Source: Bacilli bacterium (GTDB lineage Bacteria; Bacillota_I; Bacilli_A; JBKEDG01). Taken from it: a stretch of DNA of 64,000 nucleotides. Below are positions 1 to 10,115 of this stretch, piece after piece. The notes beneath the pieces were generated by a model. The model was not told the DNA's origin. It saw only the letters and a list, made by a program, of their open reading frames with translations, and searched no databases. The translations under genes were made by a program, and so were the position numbers. Every line of letters starts with the position of its first letter. Positions within the stretch are counted from its first letter, which is position 1. Location of the stretch: NCBI GenBank assembly GCA_047973085.1, contig JBKEBI010000070.1:1338-65337 (forward strand), written 5' to 3'.

Positions 1-360
1 TAAAACTGTAAGAAAATATAAAAAGAGAATAGCACCCCAATTACCATAAGGTACAAATGCTAGGCTGAGTGTTGAAAGAAGTCCTAATAATAACAGAAAA
101 CTAAAAATTTTCTTTCTGTATCCTTTTATATCTGACATTGAACCAAGTAAAGGACCTAGCAGTGCTACGCATAATGAAGCTACAGTATTAATTACCGTCC
201 AATATAGTGTTGAATTAGTATCACTCATTACGCTATTTGTCATTGCCTTATAATAAATTGGTAAAACAGCAGTAGTAATAATAATTGAATATGCACTGTT
301 TGCCCAATCATACATTATCCACGACCATTGTTCTTTGTTAAAAAGAGATTTTTTAAACAT
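1..360 (-). CDS. MFS-type transporter (UMF1/Atg22-like), N-terminal part; the gene continues beyond the window start
   Basis: Minus-strand translation from the ATG at 358-360 (SD ggagaa just upstream) reads MFKKSLFNKEQWSWIMYDWANSAYSIIITTAVLPIYY... It is TM-rich, and the YDWANSA motif is typical of UMF1-family MFS transporters. It is absent from the ORF track because it is cut by the window edge. Confidence 0.45.
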   Translation of the reverse strand, partial: MFKKSLFNKEQWSWIMYDWANSAYSIIITTAVLPIYYKAMTNSVMSDTNSTLYWTVINTVASLCVALLGPLLGSMSDIKGYRKKIFSFLLLLGLLSTLSLAFVPYGNWGAILFLYFLTVL

Positions 361-364
361 TAAG

Positions 365-1627
365 TTATTCTCCAATCATAATATTTAGAATTTCAACATC
401 CGTTGACTTCATTCCTTCTTTTCCCATTCTCCAAAAGTTACGGATTGTTTTATCTACACTTGCTTCTACTAGCCCCTCGCCTGGCTTAAAAGCATTTCCA
501 GTTTTTGCCATTTCATACGCAAGCAAAGCTCCATCTAAAGAAGAAGCAATTTTTGCAGCACAGCTAGATTTAGCTCCATCACATGCAATACCTCCAATGT
601 TAGCTAGGCAGTTTATAATTGTTGCTTCAATAATTTTTGTATCTTCATCATTTAAATAAGCAATTGCACATCCTGCTCCACATGCCGCATTTACTGCTCC
701 ACAAAAAGCTGATAACTTACCTATTCCACTTTTAATATATATTGATACTAAATTACTAAGTGCCAATGCACGATACATTTTCTCTTCAGAAAAACCATTT
801 TCTCTAGCATAAACGATTGCTGGCACACTTGCTGTAATTCCTTGATTTCCACTACCTGAATTAATTACAACAGGCATAACACACCCATTCATTCTTGCAT
901 CACTTCCAGATGCTGCAATTGACTTAGCATTTTTATATGGAGATTCTATACTACTATTAAAAATGGTTTTACCAACATTTGCACCATATAAATTATTTAA
1001 CCCATACTCACCAATATTAATATTACACTCTACCTGCTTATTTAAAATATTATATAATTCTTCAAACGGTACTGTATTAATATATTCAAGAATACTTGAA
1101 AGCGAAAATTTATCAAGATCATGTTTACAAGCACACGACTCATTACCATTACATGTTTCAAAAACAATTTCATTATTTTTGGTAATCTTTGTAATATTGT
1201 TGTGACTCTCTACAATTTCAACACTAGAACTATTACCATTTGCTTCCATATAAATTTCAATATATAAATTCGGAATATTTTCTACCAACTCAACTTTACA
1301 TATATTTTGCATTAACTTGTCTTTTAGTTCAATAACATGTCCCTCATTCACGTCATTTAGCAAAGCAAGTTCCAATTCACTTTTTCCAACAATTGCACCT
1401 AATATTGCACTTGTTTCAATTCCAGTCATATCTTTAGTTCCAGGGACGATTACAGCCTTTACATTCTTTATTATATTCCCACTACATCTAACAGTAATTT
1501 TTTCTGGAAATTCTCCTAAAATATCACGAGCTTTCGCACTTGCATATGCTACAGCAATCGGTTCAGTACATCCCACTGCTACAAGTAACTCATCCTTTAA
1601 AATTTTTGAATAATTATTTTCTTTCAT
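365..1627 (-). CDS. YhaM/UPF0597 family protein (serine-dehydratase-like; L-cysteine desulfidase family)
   Basis: 420 aa. The N-terminal VGCTEPIAVAYASA motif matches the GCTEP signature of the YhaM/SDH-alpha-like family, and the length fits. Confidence 0.65.
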   Translation of the reverse strand: MKENNYSKILKDELLVAVGCTEPIAVAYASAKARDILGEFPEKITVRCSGNIIKNVKAVIVPGTKDMTGIETSAILGAIVGKSELELALLNDVNEGHVIELKDKLMQNICKVELVENIPNLYIEIYMEANGNSSSVEIVESHNNITKITKNNEIVFETCNGNESCACKHDLDKFSLSSILEYINTVPFEELYNILNKQVECNINIGEYGLNNLYGANVGKTIFNSSIESPYKNAKSIAASGSDARMNGCVMPVVINSGSGNQGITASVPAIVYARENGFSEEKMYRALALSNLVSIYIKSGIGKLSAFCGAVNAACGAGCAIAYLNDEDTKIIEATIINCLANIGGIACDGAKSSCAAKIASSLDGALLAYEMAKTGNAFKPGEGLVEASVDKTIRNFWRMGKEGMKSTDVEILNIMIGE

Positions 1628-1662
1628 ACTCTCCCCCTACTTTCATTTATATTATATCATAT

Positions 1663-1700
1663 AAAAACTATACTGTTCAAAAAGTATAGTATAGTTTTAT
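1663..1700 (-). terminator. Rho-independent terminator downstream of nadE
   Basis: Inverted repeat aaactatact ... agtatagttt followed by a T-run on the minus strand. Confidence 0.45.
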
Positions 1701-2416
1701 AGATATTTTTTATCAGGACATGTAATCCCATTTCTTTTGTGCTTAGAATTATTATGTAGTTTTTCTATAATCATTTTATCATTTTCATCAATACTTTTAC
1801 CTTTTAAATAGCTACACAAAGTATTATAACTTACTCCCATCTCTTCTTCATCAGTTAAAGAAGAACCAAGGCCTGCATTTGGACTCTTTTCTATAATAGA
1901 TTTTGGAATATTATATATTTTAGCCATTTCGTATACTTCAAGTTTATCTAAATGAATTAAAGGAGCAATATCTACTCCACCATCTCCATACTTTGTAAAA
2001 TAGCCAGTATACCATTCACATTTATTATCTGTTCCAACAACCAAATAATTATTTTCACTAGCTAGTGCATAGAGTTGTATCATTCTAAGTCTTGCCTTTA
2101 AATTTGATTTAGTAGTGTTTTTATCATATTCCATAATCTTCAGAAGTTCTTTGTACACATCATTTAAATCTGCTTGTAAATGTTTAATGTTACAAGCATT
2201 TACAAGTTCGCATGCATCAACAACATCCTCATTAGCAGACTCTATTGGAATAATTACACCTAAGTGGTTATCTGGAAAAGCTTCCTTAATTAAATTAGCT
2301 ACTAAAGCACTATCAATACCACCACTAACTCCAACTATTAAACCTTTTGTATTTGAATCATTTACACACTTTTTTAACCAATCAACTAAATAGTTTTTAT
2401 ATTCGACAATATCCAT
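1697..2416 (-). CDS. nadE: NH3-dependent NAD+ synthetase
   Basis: 239 aa with the GVSGGIDS PP-loop motif and overall NadE-like sequence. Confidence 0.9.
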   Translation of the reverse strand: MDIVEYKNYLVDWLKKCVNDSNTKGLIVGVSGGIDSALVANLIKEAFPDNHLGVIIPIESANEDVVDACELVNACNIKHLQADLNDVYKELLKIMEYDKNTTKSNLKARLRMIQLYALASENNYLVVGTDNKCEWYTGYFTKYGDGGVDIAPLIHLDKLEVYEMAKIYNIPKSIIEKSPNAGLGSSLTDEEEMGVSYNTLCSYLKGKSIDENDKMIIEKLHNNSKHKRNGITCPDKKYL

Positions 2417-2424
2417 AAGACCTC

Positions 2425-3711
2425 CTAATCATGCATTTCAAATTCAAAATCCATTATTCTTACAACATCTCCATCTACACAACCAATTTTTCGTAATTCA
2501 TCTTCAATTCCCATTTTTCTAAGTGTAGAAGCAAACTTTAAAACTGAATCTTCTTGATCAAAGTTTGTTCGTAAAAAGATTTTTTCAATTTTTTCTCCAG
2601 TAATTTCATATATTCTATCATCAATTTTACTGACTTTAAATTCTTCTTCTCTTCCTTCAAAAGTATATGTAACATGATCTACTTCTTCCTGTTTACTACC
2701 TGCAATTGAAAATCTTGGAGTTGATTCTACCAAATCAGCTAAACGATAAATAACCTTATCTAATCCCGTTTTTGTAATTGCTGTAGTTTCATAAACTTCC
2801 AAATCTGGTAATTCTTTTTTAAATTCAATAAGGTTTTTATCAGAACTTCCTAAATCCATTTTATTAGCAACAATAATTTGGGGCCTTAGTAATAAACTTT
2901 CATCATATTCTTTCAATTCCTTATTTATCTGCAAATAACTCTCAATTGGGGTAAATTCGCTGTTTTCTCCGCTCATATCAATTATATGACATAGAACTGA
3001 AGTTCTTTCAATATGCTTCAAAAATTGATGTCCTAGTCCTTTACCAGAACTTGCCCCTTCTATTAAGCCAGGCATATCAGCAATAACAAATTCTCGATTA
3101 TCCTTAGTTCTTGCTACACCAAGATTTGGAATAATTGTTGTAAATGGATAATTTGCAATTTTAGGCTTCACATTTGTAACCATTGAAATAAAAGTTGACT
3201 TACCTACGTTTGGAAACCCTATTAATCCAACATCAGCAAGTAGCTTTAACTCAACTATAACAGTCTTTTCTTCTCCTGCCTCACCATTTTCACTAATCTT
3301 TGGAGCTTTATTACTATTACTTTTAAAGAACTTATTCCCACGTCCTCCACGTCCTCCGTGACAAACTACAACACTTTGGTCATGTTCAACTAAATCAGCA
3401 ATAATTTCTCCAGTTTTTTCATCTTTTATAACAGTGCCGACTGGGACAGAAACATGAGTATCCTCACAATTTTTTCCATGCATACTACTACCCAAACCAT
3501 GACTACCATTTCCTGCTTTTACTAATGAGTTATACCTTAATGAGACAAGTGTACTAACTCCTTCATCTGCAACAAAAATGACATTTCCACCATTTCCACC
3601 ATTTCCGCCTGCAGGTCCTCCAAATGGAACATACTTTTCTCTTCTAAAAGCAACACACCCATTTCCACCATCTCCGGCTTTTATATTAACTTTCACATAA
3701 TCTACAAACAT
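2425..3711 (-). CDS. obg: GTPase Obg
   Basis: Glycine-rich Obg fold (KAGDGGNGCVAFRREKYVPFGGPAGGNGGNGG) plus G-domain motifs. The likely start is MFVDYVKV at 3711, which has an SD; the ORF track extends upstream to 3735. Confidence 0.95.
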   Translation of the reverse strand: MFVDYVKVNIKAGDGGNGCVAFRREKYVPFGGPAGGNGGNGGNVIFVADEGVSTLVSLRYNSLVKAGNGSHGLGSSMHGKNCEDTHVSVPVGTVIKDEKTGEIIADLVEHDQSVVVCHGGRGGRGNKFFKSNSNKAPKISENGEAGEEKTVIVELKLLADVGLIGFPNVGKSTFISMVTNVKPKIANYPFTTIIPNLGVARTKDNREFVIADMPGLIEGASSGKGLGHQFLKHIERTSVLCHIIDMSGENSEFTPIESYLQINKELKEYDESLLLRPQIIVANKMDLGSSDKNLIEFKKELPDLEVYETTAITKTGLDKVIYRLADLVESTPRFSIAGSKQEEVDHVTYTFEGREEEFKVSKIDDRIYEITGEKIEKIFLRTNFDQEDSVLKFASTLRKMGIEDELRKIGCVDGDVVRIMDFEFEMHD

Positions 3712-3737
3712 ATAACCACCACTCAAATTCCTCATAA

Positions 3738-3760
3738 TTAAAAAAGGGCAAAGCCCTTTC
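3738..3760 (-). terminator. Hairpin terminator between rpmA and obg
   Basis: aagggc-aaa-gccctt stem flanked by T-runs on both strands. Confidence 0.5.
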
Positions 3761-3762
3761 TT

Positions 3763-4041
3763 TTATTGTGTATATACACTAACTCTTTTCTTATTCTTAC
3801 CGAAAGTTTCATACTTAACTACTCCACTAACTTTAGAGAATAATGTATCATCTCCACCACGTCCAACATTCACACCTGGATGAATCTTAGTTCCTCTTTG
3901 GCGATATAAAATTGAACCAGCTTTAGCAAATTGTCCATCTGACATTTTTGCACCTAGTCTTTTAGAATGTGAATCACGTCCATTTTTTGTAGAACCAACA
4001 CCCTTTTTTGATGCAAACAACTGTATATTAAGCTTAATCAT
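3763..4041 (-). CDS. rpmA: 50S ribosomal protein L27 with N-terminal propeptide
   Basis: Sequence [32 protein letters not shown]... A GGAGGTGA SD sits 5 nt before the ATG at 4041. The N-terminal extension ending LF|ASKKG matches the Prp cleavage site of Firmicutes L27. Confidence 0.95.
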   Translation of the reverse strand: MIKLNIQLFASKKGVGSTKNGRDSHSKRLGAKMSDGQFAKAGSILYRQRGTKIHPGVNVGRGGDDTLFSKVSGVVKYETFGKNKKRVSVYTQ

Positions 4042-4357
4042 AACTTTCACCTCCATTATTAACCGATATATATTTTGGATACTGGATTTCTAATTCATTC
4101 AACATAATATGTAATGTATTAAGTACAGTATCAACATTTTTTAAATATTTATTTGTTGTTAATTTCAAATAGCCTTTTTTTTCATCTATTTCATACTTTA
4201 TCTTTGAATCAAATTCAATACATGTATTAAATGCAAGAATTGCCATTGAACTAACACTTGCACATACAATATCTGTTCCAGACTCTGAAAACATTGCATG
4301 TCCACTAATTACAACACTAGTAATATATTCAGTCTTTTCAAAAAAAACTTTTATCAT
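4034..4357 (-). CDS. prp: Ribosomal-processing cysteine protease Prp (YsxB)
   Basis: 107-aa protein between rplU and rpmA, with the catalytic-type [19 protein letters not shown] motif and the conserved operon position. Confidence 0.85.
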   Translation of the reverse strand: MIKVFFEKTEYITSVVISGHAMFSESGTDIVCASVSSMAILAFNTCIEFDSKIKYEIDEKKGYLKLTTNKYLKNVDTVLNTLHIMLNELEIQYPKYISVNNGGESYD

Positions 4358-4359
4358 TA

Positions 4360-4659
4360 CTATGCCTTAATTTTTTTAATTTCAACTTTAGTATAAGGTT
4401 GTCTATGACCTTGTTTTCTTTTATAACCTTTTTTAGCCTTATGTTTAAAAACAATAATCTTTTTACCTTTACCATGCTTTTCAACAACACCTTCAACAAC
4501 TGCTCCATCAACTAACGGTTGACCAATTTTATCTCCAGCCATTAAAACTTCATCAAAAGTTACTTTCTTTCCAGCTTCAACTTCTAATTTTTCAATATAA
4601 ATTGTATCGCCTTCAGAAACCTTGTATTGCTTTCCACCTGTTTGAATAATTGCAAACAT
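4360..4659 (-). CDS. rplU: 50S ribosomal protein L21
   Basis: [25 protein letters not shown]... is canonical L21. Confidence 0.95.
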   Translation of the reverse strand: MFAIIQTGGKQYKVSEGDTIYIEKLEVEAGKKVTFDEVLMAGDKIGQPLVDGAVVEGVVEKHGKGKKIIVFKHKAKKGYKRKQGHRQPYTKVEIKKIKA

Positions 4660-4921
4660 CTATTTATCCTCCTTTTTGTCAAGACTCGCCATCAAGGTGC
4701 TATGCTTTAAAACCTTTCTTGTACGGTTTGTAACCAAAAGGTTACATCACTTAATAATGATACTATATATTTACCATATTGTCAACATTTTTATCCCTTT
4801 TAGCCATAGAAAAACCCCCTTAAAGTTTTTAGTTAATTATAGAGTATCACTCTTTTTATTAACTGTCTACTTTATGGGGATTATATCAAAATACATTTTC
4901 TTCAATCTGTTTAAATTCCAT
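4660..4921 (-). promoter_or_regulatory. Structured 5' leader of the rplU-prp-rpmA operon (possible L21-leader-type autoregulatory element)
   Basis: About 260 nt non-coding upstream of rplU. It contains perfect small hairpins (GTAACC-TTTT-GGTTAC; AAACC...GGTTT) and an SD of aaaggagga. The plus-strand ORF 4676..4951 in the track is judged spurious. Confidence 0.3.
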
Positions 4922-5338
4922 TTAGTAATCACTATCCAAACCATCATTTAATAGTTTATAATCATTATTAATACCTTTTTGCTTCGCAAAACCGATATAT
5001 CCTAATATTACTGCTGGAAGACTCAAAACAAAATTACCAAGTATGAACAAAGTACATATGATTGTCCCTACCAAAATTAAACCTGGTTTTCTTTTTAAAT
5101 AACCAACCAGAACTAAAATTCCACTTATTAGGAAAGCAATTATAAATAATACTAATATTCCTACTGCTAATTGTACTGCCGCATCCTTTTCTGCTGCAGT
5201 TAAGTCTACACCCGTTAACTCAATTGATTCATTCATATCTGTTGTTAGTAACATTATAAATGAATAAGCTGAGGCAATTAACATTAAAATTGCAGCAATT
5301 AACGATGTTATGTGTCTCTTCATCTCCATATATTCCAC
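4922..5338 (-). CDS. Small integral membrane protein (4 predicted TM helices), function unknown
   Basis: 138 aa, hydrophobic, with a C-terminal acidic tail. Confidence 0.4.
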   Translation of the reverse strand: MEYMEMKRHITSLIAAILMLIASAYSFIMLLTTDMNESIELTGVDLTAAEKDAAVQLAVGILVLFIIAFLISGILVLVGYLKRKPGLILVGTIICTLFILGNFVLSLPAVILGYIGFAKQKGINNDYKLLNDGLDSDY

Positions 5339-5389
5339 CTCCTCACACTACTTAATTATAACATAAAAATACCTATTTATTTATACTTT

Positions 5390-6289
5390 TTATTCATAAA
5401 CTGGGATACAATTTGCTATTGCGATAGAAAGTAGTTTTTCATTAGCATTATCTGCTCTAGAAACTAGCACAACTGGAATTTTTGCTCCTACAATTACACC
5501 GGAAAATTCATACCCTGCAATATATTTTATACCCTTAGCCAGTGCATTACCAACTTCTATAAATGGGCACATAAATATATCAGCCTTTCCTCCAGCAGGA
5601 TCAACCACTCCCTTTATTTCACATGCTTCTACAGAAACTGCATTATCAAATTGCAAAGGACCACTTACAAGACAATTCTTTATAAGCCCTTGTTGATTCA
5701 TCTCTTGTAATTTTTGCGCATCTAATGTAGCAGGCATTTTATCATATGGTTTTTCTTTTGCACATAAATTAGCCACTATTGGTTTTTCCAAGCCTAAAGA
5801 ATTTGCAACTAAAACAGCATTATTAATAATATCTACTTTTTGCTCAAGATTAGGAGCAATATTCAAAGCTGGATCAGTAATAAAATACGTCTTTTCACCA
5901 TCTTTTGTCAGTAGTCCTACGTGACTTAATAATCTATCTGTTCTCAAGTTATTTTCACGTTTTAGCAATTCTTTAAGTAAAACAGAAGTATCGATTAACC
6001 CTTTCATCAATACATTAGCCTCGCGTAGTTTTAAAAGTTTCATTGTTTTAGATGCAGCCTCGACATCACAACTAGCCTCTACTACTTTAATTTTATACTT
6101 ATTTAAGTCATCCTCACTAATCACATTATAAATTTTTTCAGTTTCACCAACAAAAATAAATTTGCATAAATCCATTTTTATTGCATCAATAACTGCTTCT
6201 ATTGTCTCATCATCATATGGACATGTTACAACAGTTATTTGTTCCTTCTTAGATCTTGCTTTTTCAATTATATCTTTTTGATTTATCAT
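5390..6289 (-). CDS. ptb: Phosphate butyryltransferase-like phosphate acyltransferase
   Basis: 299 aa. MKGLIDTSVLLKELL, DPALNIAP and GKADIFMCPFIEVGNALAKG resemble clostridial Ptb. Confidence 0.75.
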   Translation of the reverse strand: MINQKDIIEKARSKKEQITVVTCPYDDETIEAVIDAIKMDLCKFIFVGETEKIYNVISEDDLNKYKIKVVEASCDVEAASKTMKLLKLREANVLMKGLIDTSVLLKELLKRENNLRTDRLLSHVGLLTKDGEKTYFITDPALNIAPNLEQKVDIINNAVLVANSLGLEKPIVANLCAKEKPYDKMPATLDAQKLQEMNQQGLIKNCLVSGPLQFDNAVSVEACEIKGVVDPAGGKADIFMCPFIEVGNALAKGIKYIAGYEFSGVIVGAKIPVVLVSRADNANEKLLSIAIANCIPVYE

Positions 6290-6425
6290 TTAAACACCTC
6301 ACTTACTATTAATATACCATAAAAATTTTATAATATAAATATAAACTAATAAATTTATTAAAATAATATTTACTACAAAAAATAAAAAGAAAATATGCAG
6401 TAAAACTAACATATTTTCCATTAAT

Positions 6426-9400
6426 TTATATTATCTCTTCAACTGTATTATCAATAATATTTTCTTCAATATCAACAGGTACGTAATCTTCAAGAAGAAT
6501 TTCCTCTGTATAATCTTCTTCAACTAAAGATTTTTTTACTGTATCTTTAAAGAATTTCGCTCCAGTACCAGCCGGAATAACTTTACCAATAATAACATTT
6601 TCCTTTAGACCTTCAAGACGATCTATTTTTCCATGAATTGCTGCATCTGTTAAAACTTTTGTTGTTTCTTGGAATGAAGCTGCTGATAAGAATGAATCAG
6701 TTTCAAGAGAAGCTTTTGTAATACCTAAAACAATTGGGCGCCCTACTGCAGGAACTTTTCCTTGAAGTAATGTTTCATTATTCTTTTCAGTAAACTCACG
6801 TACACTAACAAGTGAACCATCTAAGAAATCAGAATTTCCACTTTCAATAATTCTAATTTTAGAATTCATCTTACGTGCAACAATTTCAATATGTTTATCA
6901 CTTATCTCAACCCCTTGAGAACGATAAACTTTTTGTATTTCTTTTACAACATAGTTTTGAACAGTAAGCATATCTGTTGCTGTCATTAATTCTTTCGGAT
7001 CAATATTTCCTGAAGTTAATTTTTGACCTACATTTACATTGTCTCCTACATTAACACGTAGTCTCGACCCATATTGAGTTAAATACTTCTTCTCTTCAAT
7101 ATCATTACGAACAGTAATTTCATAACGTTCTCCATCAAGAACATTGATATCAATAACTTCACCAGATATTTCAGTAATTAAAGCACGCCCTTTAGGATTT
7201 CTTGCTTCAAATAACTCCTCAACACGAGGTAACCCTTGTGTAATATCATCAGCAGAGGCAACTCCACCTGTCTGGAATGTTCTCATTGTAAGCTGTGTTC
7301 CTGGTTCACCAATAGACTGAGCAGCAATAATACCTACTGTCTCTCCGACTTCAGCAATCTCACCTGTCGCTAGATTTCTACCATAACACTTAGTACAAAT
7401 ACCGTTTTTAGCATCACATGTAAGTACAGACCTTATTTCAACTTCATGATTACCATTATTTACAATACGAGTAGCCGTTTCTTCATCAATAAAGTCTCCC
7501 TTAGAAATAATTAAATCTCCTGTATCTTTAGCAAAAATATCTTCATTAATATATCTTCCAAGTAGTCTATCATAAAGGTTTTCAATAATCTTTCCATCTC
7601 TTGTATCAATAATATCACTTACTTTAAGACCAAGCTCTGTTCCACAATCTATTTCTTGTAAAATAACATCTTGTGTAACATCAACAAGTCTTCTCGTTAA
7701 ATATCCAGAGTTTGCAGTTTTTAGGGCACGATCGGCAAGACCTTTACGTGCACCATGCGTTGAAGTAAAGAACTCTGATACTGTAAGTCCCTCTATAAAT
7801 GATGATTTAATTGGGATTTCAATAGGCTCTCCTGTCGGTTTTGCCATAAGCCCACGCATACCTGCTAATTGCCCAAAGTGAGTAATGTTACCACGTGCAC
7901 CTGAATCCATCAGCATATAAATTGAGTTTTCAAAATTAACTTCATCTAAAACAACTTTTAATTTATCATAAATATCATCTTTTGTTTTTGTCCAAATATC
8001 AACTACTTTTGTATATCTTTCAAGATCAGTAATTAAACCACGCTCAAAATGCTTTTGAATCTTATTAACTTCTTTATCACTTTCTGAAATGATTTCTTCT
8101 TTATCATCAATTTCTAGAACATCATCAATAGAGAATGTCATCCCAGCTATTGTTGAATACTTAAGACCTAAATCTTTTAATTCATCAAGCATTCTTGAAG
8201 TTTCACTAGTTTTATATTTTGCAAATATTTCAGCAATTACCCTTCCAAGTATTTTCTTTCTAAATGGATCAACTAATGGAGTTTTAGCTAAAACTTCTTT
8301 AAAATTAGTTCCTGGCTTTAAGAAATATTTATCAGGTGTACCTAATTGTAAATTATTTTCAGTTGGCTCATTTATATATGGGAATGAGTCACTTAAGATT
8401 GCATTAAAAATTAACTTTCCTGGTGTAGTTACTAAATATGAATTATTTTGTTCTTCAGTAAAAGTAAAATTATTTAACGATTTAGCTGGAATAATTACAC
8501 GTGTATGTAAATGAATTAAATCATTTTGAAGTGCTAAACTAACTTCATCAAAATTTAAATAAACATTTCCTTCACGCTCAGGATCAGCTACTTCCATAGT
8601 TAAATAATAATTACCAAGCACCATATCTTGTGATGGTGTAACAACTGGTTTTCCATCCTTAGGATTCAAGATATTATTTGATGAAAGCATTAAAAGTCTA
8701 GCTTCTGCTTGAGCTTCAACACTTAATGGAACATGAACTGCCATTTGATCCCCATCAAAGTCAGCATTAAATGCTGTTGTAACTAAAGGATGTAATCTAA
8801 TAGCTCTACCATCAATAAGCTTTGGTTCAAAAGCTTGAATTCCTAGTCTATGAAGCGTAGGAGCACGATTTAGCAAGACTGGGTGCTCCTTAATGATATC
8901 TTCAACAACATCCCAAACTCGTTCATCTACACTATCAATCAACTTTTTAGCTGATTTAATATTTGAAGCAATTTCACGCTCAGTTAATTCTTTGATAATA
9001 TGTGGTTTAAATAGCTCTAATGCCATTTCTTTTGGAAGACCACATTGATACATCTTTAAATCTGGACCAACAACAATTACACTACGCCCAGAATAATCAA
9101 CACGTTTTCCTAAAAGATTTTGTCTGAAGCGACCCTGTTTACCCTTTAACATATGAGTTAAAGATTTAAGAGGTCTATTTCCAGCTCCTGCAACAGGTCT
9201 TCCTCTTCTACCATTATCAAGAAGTGCATCAACTGCCTCTTGTAACATACGTTTTTCATTTTGTACAATGATTGAAGGTGCATGAAGCTCTAATAACTTC
9301 TTCAAACGATTATTTCTATTAATAACTCTTCTGTATAAATCATTTAAATCACTCGTAGCAAATCTTCCACCATCAAGTTGGATCATTGGTCTAAGTTCAG

Positions 9401-10103
9401 GAGGAATAACTGGTAAAACACTTAAAATTAACCACTCTGGCCTATTACCTGACTTAATAAATGCATCTACTACTTCTAAACGCTTTAATAACTTATTACG
9501 CTTTTGTCCATACGCTTTCTTAAGTTCAGCATCTATTTGACTCTTTTCATAATCTAAATCCGTTTCTTCAAGTAATGCTTTAATTGCTTCTGCACCTTGC
9601 CCAGCTTTAAAACCCTTACCATATTTTTCATAATATGCACGATATTCTTTATCAGATAAAAGTTGCTTTTTAGCAAGCGGTGCATTTCCTGGATCAATTA
9701 CAATATGTGTAACAAAATACACTACTTCCTCAAGATCTCTAGGTGCAATATCTAAAACAAGTCCAAGTCTTGAAGGAATACTTTTTAAATACCAAATGTG
9801 TGAAACAGGAGCAGCTAACTCAATATGACCAAGGCGTTCACGACGAACCTTTGCTCTAGTTACTTCAACCCCACACTTATCACATACAATACCTTTGTAC
9901 CTTACTTTTTTATACTTACCACAAGAACATTCCCAATCTTTAGATGGTCCAAAAATCTTTTCACAAAATAACCCATCTTTTTCAGGTTTTAATGTTCTAT
10001 AATTTATTGTCTCAGGTTTCTTTACTTCACCATAAGACCAATTACGAATTTTTTCAGGTGATGCAAGAGCAATTTTCATTGCATCAAAATTATTAACATC
10101 CAT
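6426..10103 (-). CDS. rpoC: DNA-directed RNA polymerase subunit beta'
   Basis: 1225 aa with a zinc-finger N-terminus and the [14 protein letters not shown] catalytic motif. Confidence 0.97.
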   Translation of the reverse strand: MDVNNFDAMKIALASPEKIRNWSYGEVKKPETINYRTLKPEKDGLFCEKIFGPSKDWECSCGKYKKVRYKGIVCDKCGVEVTRAKVRRERLGHIELAAPVSHIWYLKSIPSRLGLVLDIAPRDLEEVVYFVTHIVIDPGNAPLAKKQLLSDKEYRAYYEKYGKGFKAGQGAEAIKALLEETDLDYEKSQIDAELKKAYGQKRNKLLKRLEVVDAFIKSGNRPEWLILSVLPVIPPELRPMIQLDGGRFATSDLNDLYRRVINRNNRLKKLLELHAPSIIVQNEKRMLQEAVDALLDNGRRGRPVAGAGNRPLKSLTHMLKGKQGRFRQNLLGKRVDYSGRSVIVVGPDLKMYQCGLPKEMALELFKPHIIKELTEREIASNIKSAKKLIDSVDERVWDVVEDIIKEHPVLLNRAPTLHRLGIQAFEPKLIDGRAIRLHPLVTTAFNADFDGDQMAVHVPLSVEAQAEARLLMLSSNNILNPKDGKPVVTPSQDMVLGNYYLTMEVADPEREGNVYLNFDEVSLALQNDLIHLHTRVIIPAKSLNNFTFTEEQNNSYLVTTPGKLIFNAILSDSFPYINEPTENNLQLGTPDKYFLKPGTNFKEVLAKTPLVDPFRKKILGRVIAEIFAKYKTSETSRMLDELKDLGLKYSTIAGMTFSIDDVLEIDDKEEIISESDKEVNKIQKHFERGLITDLERYTKVVDIWTKTKDDIYDKLKVVLDEVNFENSIYMLMDSGARGNITHFGQLAGMRGLMAKPTGEPIEIPIKSSFIEGLTVSEFFTSTHGARKGLADRALKTANSGYLTRRLVDVTQDVILQEIDCGTELGLKVSDIIDTRDGKIIENLYDRLLGRYINEDIFAKDTGDLIISKGDFIDEETATRIVNNGNHEVEIRSVLTCDAKNGICTKCYGRNLATGEIAEVGETVGIIAAQSIGEPGTQLTMRTFQTGGVASADDITQGLPRVEELFEARNPKGRALITEISGEVIDINVLDGERYEITVRNDIEEKKYLTQYGSRLRVNVGDNVNVGQKLTSGNIDPKELMTATDMLTVQNYVVKEIQKVYRSQGVEISDKHIEIVARKMNSKIRIIESGNSDFLDGSLVSVREFTEKNNETLLQGKVPAVGRPIVLGITKASLETDSFLSAASFQETTKVLTDAAIHGKIDRLEGLKENVIIGKVIPAGTGAKFFKDTVKKSLVEEDYTEEILLEDYVPVDIEENIIDNTVEEII

Positions 10104-10115
10104 TTAGCATCCTCC

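Noticed and set aside
963-1613. Plus-strand ORFs (80 and 98 aa) inside the yhaM-like gene
   Set aside because: Antisense to a well-supported CDS, low-complexity S/T/L-rich translations, no SD. Judged spurious.
4676-4951. 91-aa plus-strand ORF upstream of rplU
   Set aside because: It lies in the rplU leader region and overlaps the start of the membrane-protein gene. No SD, and the peptide is hydrophobic low-complexity.
5390-6289. Calling the 299-aa acyltransferase phosphotransacetylase (pta) rather than ptb
   Set aside because: Its length (~300 aa) and motifs (MKGL..T..LL, GKADIF..P.IE.GN) fit the short Ptb clade better than the ~330-aa Pta/EutD. No adjacent buk or ackA to decide, so it is left as Ptb-like.
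8089-8514. 141-aa plus-strand ORF antisense to rpoC (similar cases at 10150, 10325, 13135, 15220, 18411, 19954, 24416, 27581, 28384, 29050, 29729, 30470, 32799, 38432, 40218, 46256, 46378, 50912, 51182, 51482, 51921, 55410, 55898, 57954, 59175)
   Set aside because: All lie fully inside strongly supported genes on the other strand. These are typical chance ORFs in AT-rich DNA (Ile/Leu/Phe/Ser-rich), and none has an SD.
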